From a virus, in IMG/VR virus record IMGVR_UViG_3300048580_000994, positions 18,430 to 82,429 of that record: a DNA stretch of 64,000 nt; one strand, written 5' to 3'. A program made the translations under genes and the position numbers. A model generated the notes under the pieces. The model was not told the DNA's origin. It worked only from the letters and a program-made list of their open reading frames with translations, and made no database searches. Each line of letters begins with the position of its first letter. The first letter of the stretch is position 1. Of this stretch, positions 36,107-46,976 are shown in pieces.

Positions 36107-37123
36107 ATGGGCGGAAATATCTGGAAGAATCCACCGACTGTTAGATTGGAAAAAGTAGGATATGAGGTATTAACTAATAAGATTCTTTCTGTGTTGGGGA
36201 AGAAATTTGGGGAGGAAAAATTTTTTCTGTTACCTTCTTTTCGTTCCAAGGAAGACTTTGGCGATGCTGATATCCTTGTGAAGAACGAGGGATATGTTAA
36301 TTTCAGTCAATTTGTTGAATTTGTGAAGGAGTCCTTTGGATTAACCAAAGATGATGTGTCTCGCAATGGACATTTCATTTCTGTTCGTATTGAAAATTTT
36401 CAGGTGGATTTCATTTTTCATCTGCCTGAAAACTGGGAAACTGCGAAGAACTATTATCGTTATTCTGACTTGGGTAATTTTATTGGGAGAATTTCGCATA
36501 AATGTTCGTTCAAGTTTGGGCATGACGGATTGAGCTTTATCTTCCGTGATGGCAACTACCAGTATGGCGAAGTGAATGTTTCCAAGGACACCAGTAAAAT
36601 CTTGCGTTTTCTTGGTTTCAATCCTGTAACTTTTTTTGAAGGATTTGAGACTTTGGAAGATATTTATCGTTATGCAGCGAGTTCCAAATATTTCAACAAG
36701 AGCATCTTTGCATATGAGAATCGTAATCATATCGCTCGTGTTCGTGATGAGAAGCGGGCTGCATATCGTGGATTTTTGGAATGGCTTGAGACTGAACAGA
36801 ACTTGACTGCTTATCCATGGGAGGATACTTCTGAACTTGGTGGGCGGGTTGAGAAGCCTGAATTCGTCCAGAAGGCTTTTGAATTTTTCCCAGAATTTGT
36901 GGAAAAGTACAATGCCATGAAGGCAGAGCACGCAGTTTGGAAACGTTCCAAAGAAGTTTTCAATGGTGAGCTTGTGTCCAAGTTGACAGGTTTTGTTGGA
37001 ACTGAGCTTGGTGGTTTTATGCAGCACCTAAAGAGGAACGCTCCAGAAAATTTTGCAGCTTGGGTTGTTGAAAAACCTGATGTTGCAGAATGGGTATTAA
37101 GTGAATTGTCCACATTTAAATAA
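36107..37123 (+). CDS. Pol-beta-superfamily nucleotidyltransferase
   Basis: PSFRSKEDFGDADILV (DxD) and FQVDFI third Asp. Confidence 0.75.
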   Translation: MGGNIWKNPPTVRLEKVGYEVLTNKILSVLGKKFGEEKFFLLPSFRSKEDFGDADILVKNEGYVNFSQFVEFVKESFGLTKDDVSRNGHFISVRIENFQVDFIFHLPENWETAKNYYRYSDLGNFIGRISHKCSFKFGHDGLSFIFRDGNYQYGEVNVSKDTSKILRFLGFNPVTFFEGFETLEDIYRYAASSKYFNKSIFAYENRNHIARVRDEKRAAYRGFLEWLETEQNLTAYPWEDTSELGGRVEKPEFVQKAFEFFPEFVEKYNAMKAEHAVWKRSKEVFNGELVSKLTGFVGTELGGFMQHLKRNAPENFAAWVVEKPDVAEWVLSELSTFK

Positions 37124-37170
37124 GAGGTGTAATATACCTCTTATTTAAATAAAAAGATAAATATTCTATT

Positions 37171-38586
37171 ATGGATATTATTTTAAAAAAAGCCAGATTT
37201 ATATCATTTTTTATTATTGCCAGTATAACGTTGGTAATAGTTATTAGTTTTTATTTCATGACCATGAATAATATTGACCAAGATCGTTTGGTTAAGATGA
37301 CTAATATTTATGGTCGAGGGGAAAGTGTTATAAAAGTATTAGATAGACATGTTCATAACTCAATCGAAGATGTTTATTGGGCATTGCGAGTATATGAAAA
37401 TAAATGGGTTGACACACCAGATGATGAATTTGTTGTTTGGGTTAGTAAGAATACTGTGAACACTTTTTATGCATCTAAGATAATAATCAATAGTGTTAGT
37501 GGTGTCTCTTATAGATATGAAGACAATAAAATAACCAAACAAAAAAGTGATAATAATTTTAATCAAAGTAGTATTATTGTTGGAACTAATTTGGTTATGG
37601 AAAATTCAAATGATGGGTTGGAAATAATTTTTAAATATACTATTAAGGGGAAGGGTGTTATTAATATTCATGTACCACAAAATTATTTGGTTGATATTTT
37701 TTCAAATCTTAGGCATCATTGGGAAATTTTGATAATAGATGTTACAAATAATATATATTCTGATTTAGTTAATGAAATTGATAAATCAATTTCTTCGTTT
37801 GATAAAAATAAAATATTAAATGATTATAAATGTAATACCAAACTGCTAATAAAAAATGAAAATGATGATTTTTCGTTTCTTGGTAATTGTTATAAATCTG
37901 TTTATTATAATTTATATTATGTGGTATTATATGATTATACTTATGAAATGTCTGGCTTTGTTGATAGAAGTAAGAAAACATTATCATCATTTTCATTGTT
38001 TGTTTTTATGATATTATTAATTGGTATAGCGTTATTAATAGTTTCTGATAAACAAATTAGAGTATATGTTGAGTTAAAACAAATGAAAGACGAGTTTGAG
38101 GAATTGTCGAGTATTGATGAATTAACTTCTGTTACCAATCGCAGGGCTGTTATGAAAAGGTTGGTTCAAGAAATGACCAGAATGTCTCGTCATGGTCGCC
38201 CACTATCCATTATGTCATTTGATATAGATTTTTTCAAAAAAATCAATGATACTTATGGGCATAATGTTGGAGATATAGTTTTGAAGAATTTGGTGATTGA
38301 GGTACAAAAATGCCTTCGTCAAACAGATTTGCTTGGTAGAATGGGTGGTGAAGAATTTTTGATATTGTTGGGCGATACCAAATTAGATGGTGCTACTATA
38401 TTGGCTGAACGTATTCGTGAAACTATACAAAACATACAGATAGTTAAAGACATTAACATCACCATTAGTGTTGGTGTTGGTGAATTTAAAAAGGGAGAGA
38501 TTACCAGTCAATTATTAGCACGTGTTGATTTGGCATTATATAGAGCTAAAAATGAGGGAAGAAATAAGGTTTGTATATCCATTTAA
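37171..38586 (+). CDS. Membrane-anchored sensor diguanylate cyclase
   Basis: Two TM helices; DELT..NRR, DIDFFKKINDTYGH, RQTD I-site, RMGGEEF. Confidence 0.93.
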   Translation: MDIILKKARFISFFIIASITLVIVISFYFMTMNNIDQDRLVKMTNIYGRGESVIKVLDRHVHNSIEDVYWALRVYENKWVDTPDDEFVVWVSKNTVNTFYASKIIINSVSGVSYRYEDNKITKQKSDNNFNQSSIIVGTNLVMENSNDGLEIIFKYTIKGKGVINIHVPQNYLVDIFSNLRHHWEILIIDVTNNIYSDLVNEIDKSISSFDKNKILNDYKCNTKLLIKNENDDFSFLGNCYKSVYYNLYYVVLYDYTYEMSGFVDRSKKTLSSFSLFVFMILLIGIALLIVSDKQIRVYVELKQMKDEFEELSSIDELTSVTNRRAVMKRLVQEMTRMSRHGRPLSIMSFDIDFFKKINDTYGHNVGDIVLKNLVIEVQKCLRQTDLLGRMGGEEFLILLGDTKLDGATILAERIRETIQNIQIVKDINITISVGVGEFKKGEITSQLLARVDLALYRAKNEGRNKVCISI

Positions 38587-38790
38587 ATGTATGGTATTAT
38601 CATTTGATAATAAATAATGATTGCAAAGGAGAATTGGAATGACACACAAAAATTTGTTACATAAAATAATATCATGGGTTGCTGAAAAATTTATGTCAAG
38701 GGACCATATTTTTTATCTTATTGAAGAACTTCAAATAATATCCTTGTCCAAAAGAATTTCTTGATTGCAACGCACAATAAATATGTTACA

Positions 38791-38913
38791 ATGTGGCTTA
38801 TTTTTGGGGAATTTAAAAAGGGAGAGTCTACCAGTCAATTATTAGAACGTATTGATTTGGTATTATATAAAGCAAAGAATGATGGGCGTAATAGGGTGTG
38901 TAAATCTGTTTGA
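38791..38913 (+). repeat. Diverged duplicate of the GGDEF C-terminal ~35 codons
   Basis: GEFKKGESTSQLLERIDLVLYKAKNDGRNRVC versus GEFKKGEITSQLLARVDLALYRAKNEGRNKVC. Confidence 0.8.
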
Positions 38914-38966
38914 CAATTTTACTTGACTTTTGATTTGATGATGTTATTATACCTCTGTAACATTTA

Positions 38967-40082
38967 ATGGAGGTTTTCGTGGGGTATTTTTGGGTAATCG
39001 TATTGTTTCCGTTGGTTTGGCCATGGATTGCAAGGGCAATTTTTAATACAGAATTGACCTATGCAGAAATGTCGTTGAACATCGTGATCGCATTTTTGCT
39101 ATCTGCAGGTATTTATTATGGTGGGCGATATTCTTCCATGGCAGATTATGAGGTATTGAATGGTGAGGTGATTGGGAAGTCCAGGGAAATCACTTCTTGT
39201 GAACATTCCTATTCTTGTAACTGTAGGACTGTTCAGAGTTGTAGTGGTTCTGGCAAAAACCGTTCATGTTCAACTTCCACAGTTTGCGATACCTGTTATG
39301 AGCATTCCAATGATTATGACTATAGGGTTAAAAGTAATGTTGGAGATTTTTTGATTAATAGGGTTGATCGTCAGGGTGTTAGTTATCCAAAACGTTGGGT
39401 TAGCGTTAAAAATGGTGATACAGTTGCCATGCTTCATGAATATGTCAATTATGTGAAGGCAGCATCTGACAGTCTTTTTCATAATGAACTGTCGATTTTG
39501 TCCACCTTCAATGGGAAGCTACCTGCATATCCCTTGGATATCAAGGACTATCAGTATATTGACAGGGTTTTGGTTGATGGTATCACCATTCCAAATATTT
39601 CTGAATGGAACGCCAAGTTGGCTAATATTTTGAAAACATTGGGACCACAACGTCAAATGAACGTTGTTCTTGTGATTACCACTAACACCAACCCTGAGTA
39701 TGCTCAAGCATTGAAGGCATATTGGCAAGGTGGTAAGAAGAACGACGCCATTATTGTGGTAGGGGTATCTGACTATCCAACGATTGGTTGGGTTCGGGTT
39801 CTTAGTTGGTCATCTGATGATATGTTCAACGTATCCTTGCGTGACAAGATTTGGGATTTGAAGACCCTTGCTGTTGACGAAGTTATGCGGGTCATCGAGA
39901 ATGAGTCTATGACGTATTTCAAACGTCGTCCAATGGCAGAGTTTGAATACTTGAAAGACGCCATTGAGCCATCAACTTGGGTGATTGTTCTTGCTGGTGT
40001 GCTTGGTGTGGTTGTGAGTTTGGGATTAACTGTTTTATTTTGTAGGCGTGATATTGATATCAAATTTCCTTGGCAGAGATAA
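38967..40082 (+). CDS. Membrane protein with Cys-rich loop and TPM-like domain
   Basis: N- and C-terminal TM helices; CEHSYSCNC...CDTCYEH; WQGGKKND. Confidence 0.7.
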   Translation: MEVFVGYFWVIVLFPLVWPWIARAIFNTELTYAEMSLNIVIAFLLSAGIYYGGRYSSMADYEVLNGEVIGKSREITSCEHSYSCNCRTVQSCSGSGKNRSCSTSTVCDTCYEHSNDYDYRVKSNVGDFLINRVDRQGVSYPKRWVSVKNGDTVAMLHEYVNYVKAASDSLFHNELSILSTFNGKLPAYPLDIKDYQYIDRVLVDGITIPNISEWNAKLANILKTLGPQRQMNVVLVITTNTNPEYAQALKAYWQGGKKNDAIIVVGVSDYPTIGWVRVLSWSSDDMFNVSLRDKIWDLKTLAVDEVMRVIENESMTYFKRRPMAEFEYLKDAIEPSTWVIVLAGVLGVVVSLGLTVLFCRRDIDIKFPWQR

Positions 40083-40232
40083 TTTTGCCCTTGACAATTT
40101 GTAAAATATGTGCTATGGTTTGGTATAATAGTTTAGGGGATTTTATGGCTACGATTTTTGAGTTTGCTGCATAAAATTTCACCTAATGATGGGTGTGATT
40201 GATATTTTTGACATACAGAAAAGGAGAACTAA

Positions 40233-40790
40233 ATGAGTAAAGGTTTGATTGTTGCATTGAGTATTTTGGCTGTGGTATTACTTGGTGTTGGTGTTGTTGC
40301 GACGAGCTATATTGGTGCTTACAACGCTGGTAATCGTTATGAGAACCTTCTTGAAGGTTTCAATCGGAACAATGAGAATATTTTGGCTCAGTATGGGCAG
40401 AAAATTGCTGAAGCTGCTCAGGTTCCAAAGATGCAGTCTCAAGATTTGAAGGATTTGTTTTCTGGTGCAAATGCTGCAAGGTATGGGGCTGATGGTTCCA
40501 AGGCTGCGATGCAATGGTTAAAGGAGCAGAATCCAAATCTTGACCAGAGCACCTACGTTCAACTTCAGCGTATGATTGAGGCTGGGAGAAACGAGTTCAC
40601 TGTTTCCCAAACGAAGCTGGTGGATGTTCGTCGCCAATATGAGACAGAGTTGGGGAGTTTTTATCGAGGGTTTTGGCTTGGTGTTGCTGGATACCCGAAG
40701 AAAGACCTTTCAAAGTTTGATATTGTGTCGACCGACCGTGCATCTGAAGCTTTTAGGACGAAGAAAGAAGCACCATTGCAATTGCGATAG
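40233..40790 (+). CDS. LemA-like membrane-anchored helical protein
   Basis: N-terminal TM; QLQRMIEAGRNEF...RRQYE pattern; next to the TPM-like gene. Confidence 0.6.
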   Translation: MSKGLIVALSILAVVLLGVGVVATSYIGAYNAGNRYENLLEGFNRNNENILAQYGQKIAEAAQVPKMQSQDLKDLFSGANAARYGADGSKAAMQWLKEQNPNLDQSTYVQLQRMIEAGRNEFTVSQTKLVDVRRQYETELGSFYRGFWLGVAGYPKKDLSKFDIVSTDRASEAFRTKKEAPLQLR

Positions 40791-41442
40791 TGAATATTAA
40801 AAGAAAAGCCCCCAATGGGGGCTTTTTCGTATTATATGATAAATAAAATTGTGACTTATTTTTGGGGAATGAAATGCCGTATCGTTTTATTCTATTGGAT
40901 TCATTGGAATCATTATCGAAGGGTAATCTATTAGTTAGATTCTCCACCATATCTTGCACACAACATTTAGAAGGTGTCCCGTTAGTTAGTTTGGTATCGG
41001 ATAGGTTGGTTCGTGATGGATTAGTTGAGCCTTATCAACTGCCAATATATGATTTAATAAATCACAGCAGTACAATTTATTATAAATTATCCCACGATGG
41101 CGAACGAGTATATCGTGAAGGGATGTGGCGATATAGTAAAATGACGATGCGTGATAAAATATTGGGGAGACTTGGGATAATTTAAAAACTGCGATTTTTT
41201 AGTCATATCAGCCATGATTTTGGGAAAATGACTAAATATTAGTAACAATGAATGAATTCTTTGTTGGGGTCGTGCCCAACCATTGTTGCGTAGAAAATGT
41301 TGGTACATGTCCTGCCTATCCTGGCGACAAGAATTTTGCTACACAATCTCCTTGACCAACATTTAAGATTGTTTTCGGAACAATTCAAAACCGAGTAGCT
41401 GAAAAGCCCCTTCTTTATTCTTAGAAGGGGCTTTTTTAATTT

Positions 41443-41775
41443 TCAACCAAAGTCGTGACGATCTCGTTCTTCATCGTCCATCAGCCCATATTCTCCATCA
41501 TCCCGAATAAAGGCGTCTGAACCATACATGGGCTGGATTGCAGCCCAATCCTTGGTATTGGGGGAATATTCTGATAGGGTGTGTAGGAACCGTCCAGCTT
41601 CATCGTTAGTCTTGAATGATGGTTCTGACAAAACCTTACGTTCACCTCGATCATTTGTGGCACGAATATAGAATAGCGAGCCATAAATTTCCCCACGAGG
41701 ATTATCATAATCTGCGAATTCAGGATCGGTCCTGACGCAAACAATATCCTCCATGACTTCAAAATTCCACTTCAT
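41443..41775 (-). CDS. Hypothetical protein
   Basis: GGAGG RBS; coupled to the upstream gene. Confidence 0.6.
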   Translation of the reverse strand: MKWNFEVMEDIVCVRTDPEFADYDNPRGEIYGSLFYIRATNDRGERKVLSEPSFKTNDEAGRFLHTLSEYSPNTKDWAAIQPMYGSDAFIRDDGEYGLMDDEERDRHDFG

Positions 41776-41777
41776 GA

Positions 41778-42095
41778 TTAGTCCTCCATTTCGTCATTAA
41801 TGCGGTCATAATATCTCTGCTCATCAAGCCAATTCTCAAAATGCTCGTTCTCGGTCAACCCTTCACGATCAACCCCCTGCCCGATACCAATATAATCACC
41901 ATTTGCATTATAGGCAGAGTAACCATAACTATCAAAACCATCAGAGTCATAGTTGCCGAACATAGTCTCAGTATCATACTCGATACCAGCAGCCTTCATT
42001 TCTGGGTTCCACTCAGTGGGAATCTCACCCTTGGCGTTATAGATAAACTCACGCTCATGGCGGGGAAGGGTGGGGCTATATTTCCCATAAGACAT
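41778..42095 (-). CDS. Hypothetical protein with YDxxG repeats
   Basis: Own sigma70-like promoter at 42123-42150 (-). Confidence 0.65.
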   Translation of the reverse strand: MSYGKYSPTLPRHEREFIYNAKGEIPTEWNPEMKAAGIEYDTETMFGNYDSDGFDSYGYSAYNANGDYIGIGQGVDREGLTENEHFENWLDEQRYYDRINDEMED

Positions 42096-42259
42096 TTTGG
42101 TTACTCCCTAAATTGTCCTTACAGTATAACAGGATTTTTCATAAAGTCAACAGGTATTTTGTCTGCATACCATCTATCCATTTTTGATGATAGATTTCTC
42201 TTGCACTGCAACATAAATAGATATATAATAACCAAAGTTAAATAGAGAGGTTTTTTAAA

Positions 42260-42832
42260 ATGACAACTATTGTGTTTTTACATGGCGCGAATTCCAGTGA
42301 TAAATCGTTTAATTATATCAGGGCAAGATTGCCTAAACATACATCTGTACCATTAGAGTATGATACTAAGACTCCATTGGTGGAAAATATTGAACGAATA
42401 AAAGAGTCCATACTGGCTGTATCAAAGGATGATATTTCGATTGTTTCCCATAGCCTTGGGGGTGTTATAGCTGTGTCTGTGGCGAAAGAAATACCTGCCA
42501 TTAAAAAAATAGTTACAATGTCTACCCCATTTGGTGGGAGTCAATCTGCAGACATTTTAAAGTGGATGTTCCACAATAGCCAGTTATTAAAGGATATCTC
42601 TACCACAAATCCAGTCATATCCAATTTATCTAAGCGTGAAGATTTGGAAGTGTTGTCGTTTGTGTCTACCCTTGGTGCCAGTGATTTTATCAAGGGTGAG
42701 AACGATGGTGTGGTGACTTTGGAAAGTATGAAGTCATTATCTGGACCAACATATAAAGAAGTACCAACCAATCACTTTGAGATATTGTTAGACGATAGTG
42801 TTGTTGACGATATTAAAAAATTCTTATTTTGA
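42260..42832 (+). CDS. Alpha/beta hydrolase (lipase/esterase-like)
   Basis: FLHG, SHSLGG nucleophile elbow, NDGVV, NH. Confidence 0.88.
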   Translation: MTTIVFLHGANSSDKSFNYIRARLPKHTSVPLEYDTKTPLVENIERIKESILAVSKDDISIVSHSLGGVIAVSVAKEIPAIKKIVTMSTPFGGSQSADILKWMFHNSQLLKDISTTNPVISNLSKREDLEVLSFVSTLGASDFIKGENDGVVTLESMKSLSGPTYKEVPTNHFEILLDDSVVDDIKKFLF

Positions 42833-44067
42833 AAAGGAGACTATTATGAAAGAGAATAATACAGAAAGTTCATTTGACCTTGAGGTTAAGACTTTGTTTG
42901 ACAACATGTTAAAATATGCCCAATTGACATTGGATGAAAAGTATGACAAGATTCTTTATGAATTTGACAAGGAACAACCAACCTTGGAAAAATAACATTT
43001 GACATTTCCCCATTAACTTGGTATGTTGGGTTAGTATAACGAACGTGGAGTATCTGACATGAATATGTGGTCTGAACGAGAAGATGCAGAGAGAGAAGCC
43101 CTTTGGAAGAAAGTGGCTGAATTAGCTTCAATGCTTGGTGTGAAAATTCATCCAAATCTTGGGCTGAATGTTGAACCAAAATCCACTGATGAATTTGGGC
43201 ATTCAATGTCTGGGCGATATGACAATGGTGGTTGGCGATAATGGCAATGAAATATGGCTGGTATTCCCCAGCAGCATTCAAAAAATTTTCGTCAAAAAGG
43301 CAGCATGACTTGGATAAAGTTTTATATGACCTCATGGTAACGTTGACTTCTGATATGTCAGAAGTAGAACACACCATTATAGGACATGGGCATTATATCC
43401 AAATTGGACCAAACAACGAGCGAGTAACTTGTTGGACTGATGATGAAGAAGGTGCTGACTATAAATGGGAAGACAAGATTTTGGTTGGATATTTTGAACC
43501 AAATTCTTTCAAATCTGTAAAAATCCCTATTGACAAACGCAGCTAAACCAACTATAATCTTTTCATAAACATTGGAAGGGAAATCAAAATGTCTAACACA
43601 GTTTCTGTTCTTTGCCCAGATGGCAAGACCCGCCAAGCCACAATCACTTCTGTCGATTGTCTCCACACCAATATCTCGTTGCGTTTGGGGCACAACCAAA
43701 AGTCTTATAAGGGCATCCTTGTTGATGGCAAGTTCATGCCTCGTGCTGGTGGGACCAATGGTATGTTTTTCAAAAACATTCCTGTCGAGTTCAGGCACTG
43801 GATTTAGTTTTAAAATTGGTACAAACGATTTAGTAAAAATGGGATGGGGGTAATGGATTTTTCACCTGATTATGCAAGAAAATATTCATCGAGATATCTA
43901 ACTGAAAAACAATTTAATCAAAAATATGTTAGGGAAACCATCCCTATTAAAAAAGAAGATTTGGTTGTTTTGAAACCTGTCAATAAGATAGATATTCCGA
44001 CGAAAGATGAAATGGACCCAACTGCTTTACCGGGGACGTATGTGAACGTTCAGATTTGATATCTTGA

Positions 44068-44943
44068 TTATTTGTTAATCCACCCATCTGATAAGGTTCC
44101 ATCTTCGTACATGACTTTCTGTGGGGTAGCTTTGAAATATTTTTTAAAAACATGTCTAAATAATACTTTACAAAAATCAAAAAATCCAGCTTCACGTTGA
44201 CCTTCTGGTTGAACATTAAAACAAGAACGTTTTAATAACACTTTTGACTTTACATTCCAATGGTGGGAAATATCTGTTTGACAACCAAATGCGAAAGGTG
44301 ATTTCATTTTTATTCCCATTATTTTTTCATATGGTATAAATTCATCGCCGGGAACATTTTGGAGTTCGTTTAATTTAATTTCCCCTACACCAAAAGATGA
44401 CAATAACTCTATAGCTTTTCTCAATTCTTCTTTAGTGTCGAGTTCCCCTTTAACGATGTTGAGATTGATTCGTATTTTATGCCCATATTTTTCAGAAATT
44501 TCTTTTAATTGTTGGATTCGATTATGTTTGGACGATGCTTTTAGGATTTCGTTATTTCGTCCCCAATCATAATGTTGGATTGAAACGTTTATACCATCAA
44601 TCAATTCCAACACCCCTTGAACATCTGGATTCCAAATCATGGCTGCTTTTGGTAGGGAAGTTGTCATGAAAATTTCTTTCAAACGTGGACGAACACCTTG
44701 GACATAATGGAGTAATTTTTTTGGGTTGAGAAAAGGTTCACCACCAAGGATCAAAATGGTTTCACAGCCACTTTTCAAAGTGTTGTTGATCATATTTTCA
44801 ACATCTTGTCCTTGATTATCAATTCCATCTCGTTCAATACAAAATGAACAATCGTTATCACAAGATTTGATAAATCTTATGTCTAATGAATTATAGAATT
44901 TACCATCACAAGAATTAATCTTGAGGGGGTTTTTTAGTGGCAT
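44068..44943 (-). CDS. Radical SAM protein
   Basis: CDNDCSFC (CxxxCxxC), LGGEP, INVS. Confidence 0.9.
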   Translation of the reverse strand: MPLKNPLKINSCDGKFYNSLDIRFIKSCDNDCSFCIERDGIDNQGQDVENMINNTLKSGCETILILGGEPFLNPKKLLHYVQGVRPRLKEIFMTTSLPKAAMIWNPDVQGVLELIDGINVSIQHYDWGRNNEILKASSKHNRIQQLKEISEKYGHKIRINLNIVKGELDTKEELRKAIELLSSFGVGEIKLNELQNVPGDEFIPYEKIMGIKMKSPFAFGCQTDISHHWNVKSKVLLKRSCFNVQPEGQREAGFFDFCKVLFRHVFKKYFKATPQKVMYEDGTLSDGWINK

Positions 44944-45269
44944 CCACCACTCCAGCCCATTCTGCTACTTTTGGTTTGATGACAAGCTACAGCTTTTTTC
45001 TTTTTATCTATGGCTGGTTTTTTTGGTTTTGGACTATTTTCAAGTTCTTCATCATCTTCTTCGATTAGTTCGTCTTTGTCTAATCTACCATGACAACCAC
45101 CACCATGACAACCTGCAGATTCATTAATAAGGTCAATTAAATTGATCCACAATTTTTTATCTTTCTTGGTATAAGCTTCTGTTAAAGCATTGATGATTTT
45201 GTCTTTTAAAGATGGTTGTGTTTCAACGTCAACACTTTCCATTAATTTTCTCATATCTTGTGAACCCAT
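44934..45269 (-). CDS. Protein with repeated GCH/ACH motifs, candidate radical SAM substrate
   Basis: AGCHGGGCHG, VACHQ, C-terminal GWSGGCH; overlaps the rSAM start; AGGAG RBS. Confidence 0.65.
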   Translation of the reverse strand: MGSQDMRKLMESVDVETQPSLKDKIINALTEAYTKKDKKLWINLIDLINESAGCHGGGCHGRLDKDELIEEDDEELENSPKPKKPAIDKKKKAVACHQTKSSRMGWSGGCH

Positions 45270-45371
45270 AATTAATCTCCTAAATAGTTGGTATAATTTA
45301 TTTATCATTTTGTTGACATATTGTGATTCTTATTATAGGATAATATATTATAGATGATGGAGGCAATATTT

Positions 45372-45845
45372 ATGTGTATGCAATGTATAGTGAACCCGTT
45401 ATATTGGTATGATGTTTTGCCAGGTTGGACGTTGATTCGTGCCAGACGTAAAGATGATGGTGAAATGAATGTTGGTGATTGGGGATTAGTGACAATCAAC
45501 GACCCTGATTTTATTTGGAAATCAACACCAAAAATGGACCCGAAATTCGAAATGACTGAAGAGGAAGAAGATAAATTTTGGGACCAAAACCCCGACTACG
45601 ATTCTATGCTACCGGATGATTTTTTGGATGCATTTGATAATTCTAGTGTTATGACTTCTTGGGAGTTGGTCGATGCAGCTATAAAGGCTGGGTATAATCA
45701 AGAAAAACATGGATGTGATGTTAAAAATTGGTTATTTCATTATTTGGCTTGTTGGATTCGAGATCATGAGCCAACTGTTGAAGAAGACCCATTTCCAAAT
45801 TTGGATGGAATGGTTGAACATAATTATGATTTAGGAAAGGAATAA
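45372..45845 (+). CDS. Hypothetical protein
   Basis: GGAGG RBS before MCMQC. Confidence 0.6.
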   Translation: MCMQCIVNPLYWYDVLPGWTLIRARRKDDGEMNVGDWGLVTINDPDFIWKSTPKMDPKFEMTEEEEDKFWDQNPDYDSMLPDDFLDAFDNSSVMTSWELVDAAIKAGYNQEKHGCDVKNWLFHYLACWIRDHEPTVEEDPFPNLDGMVEHNYDLGKE

Positions 45846-45848
45846 CAA

Positions 45849-46286
45849 ATGGCTAATTATACAACAGCACATTTTAGAAAAAATAAAAAAATTACAGAAC
45901 AACAAATTGAACAAACTTTGTTGGATGCTATCAAATGGAAAGAAATAACTTTGAAGGATAGTGGTGTTGGTGTTTGGGAAATCCAATATAACGGAGAGTA
46001 TGCAGGAAGAATTTCATTTGGGAATAATGAATTGACTTGGCCACATCGAGGGGAAATGATAATTGAATGGTTGTTAGGGTATATTGGGGAATATACAGCT
46101 GAAAAAATGGGTGCTTATAAGATGACAGATGAGGGGGTTGATGATGTTTGGAAACCTAAATTTCATAATGAATATCCAGTATACTCTAAATATTATAACA
46201 TGATGCATTCTTTTATTATTAAAAAACGCCCATTTTTGAAATTTATGTTTATACCAGAAAAAGAATATGTGAAAATTTTTGGATAG
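45849..46286 (+). CDS. Hypothetical protein
   Basis: AAGGA RBS; operon-coupled. Confidence 0.6.
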   Translation: MANYTTAHFRKNKKITEQQIEQTLLDAIKWKEITLKDSGVGVWEIQYNGEYAGRISFGNNELTWPHRGEMIIEWLLGYIGEYTAEKMGAYKMTDEGVDDVWKPKFHNEYPVYSKYYNMMHSFIIKKRPFLKFMFIPEKEYVKIFG

Positions 46287-46928
46287 TGAGGTAATTAATA
46301 TGAAGATAACATTTCATCAATCTGTCGTATCATTGGTAAATTTTTGATGGGACGAAAAAGATTGGACATATTTTCAAATCAAATGATTTATACAATGCTC
46401 ATTTGTATGAAGATGGTTCTGTGATTTCTGGAAAACTTTTAAGAGATGTTAAATCACAAGTTAGAGATAAATATAAATATAAATATAAATATAAAGATAA
46501 ATAACGTTTTATAATGGAGATATGATTATGAGATATAATGAATTTGGTGGTGAAATAGCTAAAAAAGAAAAAAGGTCTTTCTTGATTAACCAATATAATA
46601 ATGAATTTGATGATATGGTTTCTTTTATAGGTTGCGTCGAAGATGTTGAAAGATTGTTCGGTATAGAGTTTGCTTGTGCTGTTGAAAATGGTGTTCCATT
46701 GTTTTTATCACAAAGCGACGAAATCATTGACAAATATGATGGGGAAGTTATTGACACGATTTTTAAATACAACGGGAAAGTGGTTGATACTTCTGTAAAC
46801 CCTTGTAGGTTTGAATTTTTATACAATGCAGACGCCCACAGGGATGGTAGTGAAGAGTTCACCAAGCCAAAAATTATTATTACAGGCAAAGGTTCTCGTT
46901 CTTAATACAGAAATGATTTTTATTTTCG

Positions 46929-46956
46929 TTGACATTTCCAAAAATCCTGTTATACT
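46929..46956 (+). promoter_or_regulatory. Repeated early promoter TTGACW-N16-TATACT (also 49414, 56501, 57096, 57325, 57611 on +; 42123-42150 on -)
   Basis: Shared spacer AAATCCTG(C/T) giving an extended -10. Confidence 0.8.
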
Positions 46957-46976
46957 TTACCTAACAATTAGGGAAG

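Noticed and set aside
46467-46503. (ATAAAT)n microsatellite
   Set aside because: Low-complexity run encoding KY repeats in a tiny ORF, with no evidence of function.
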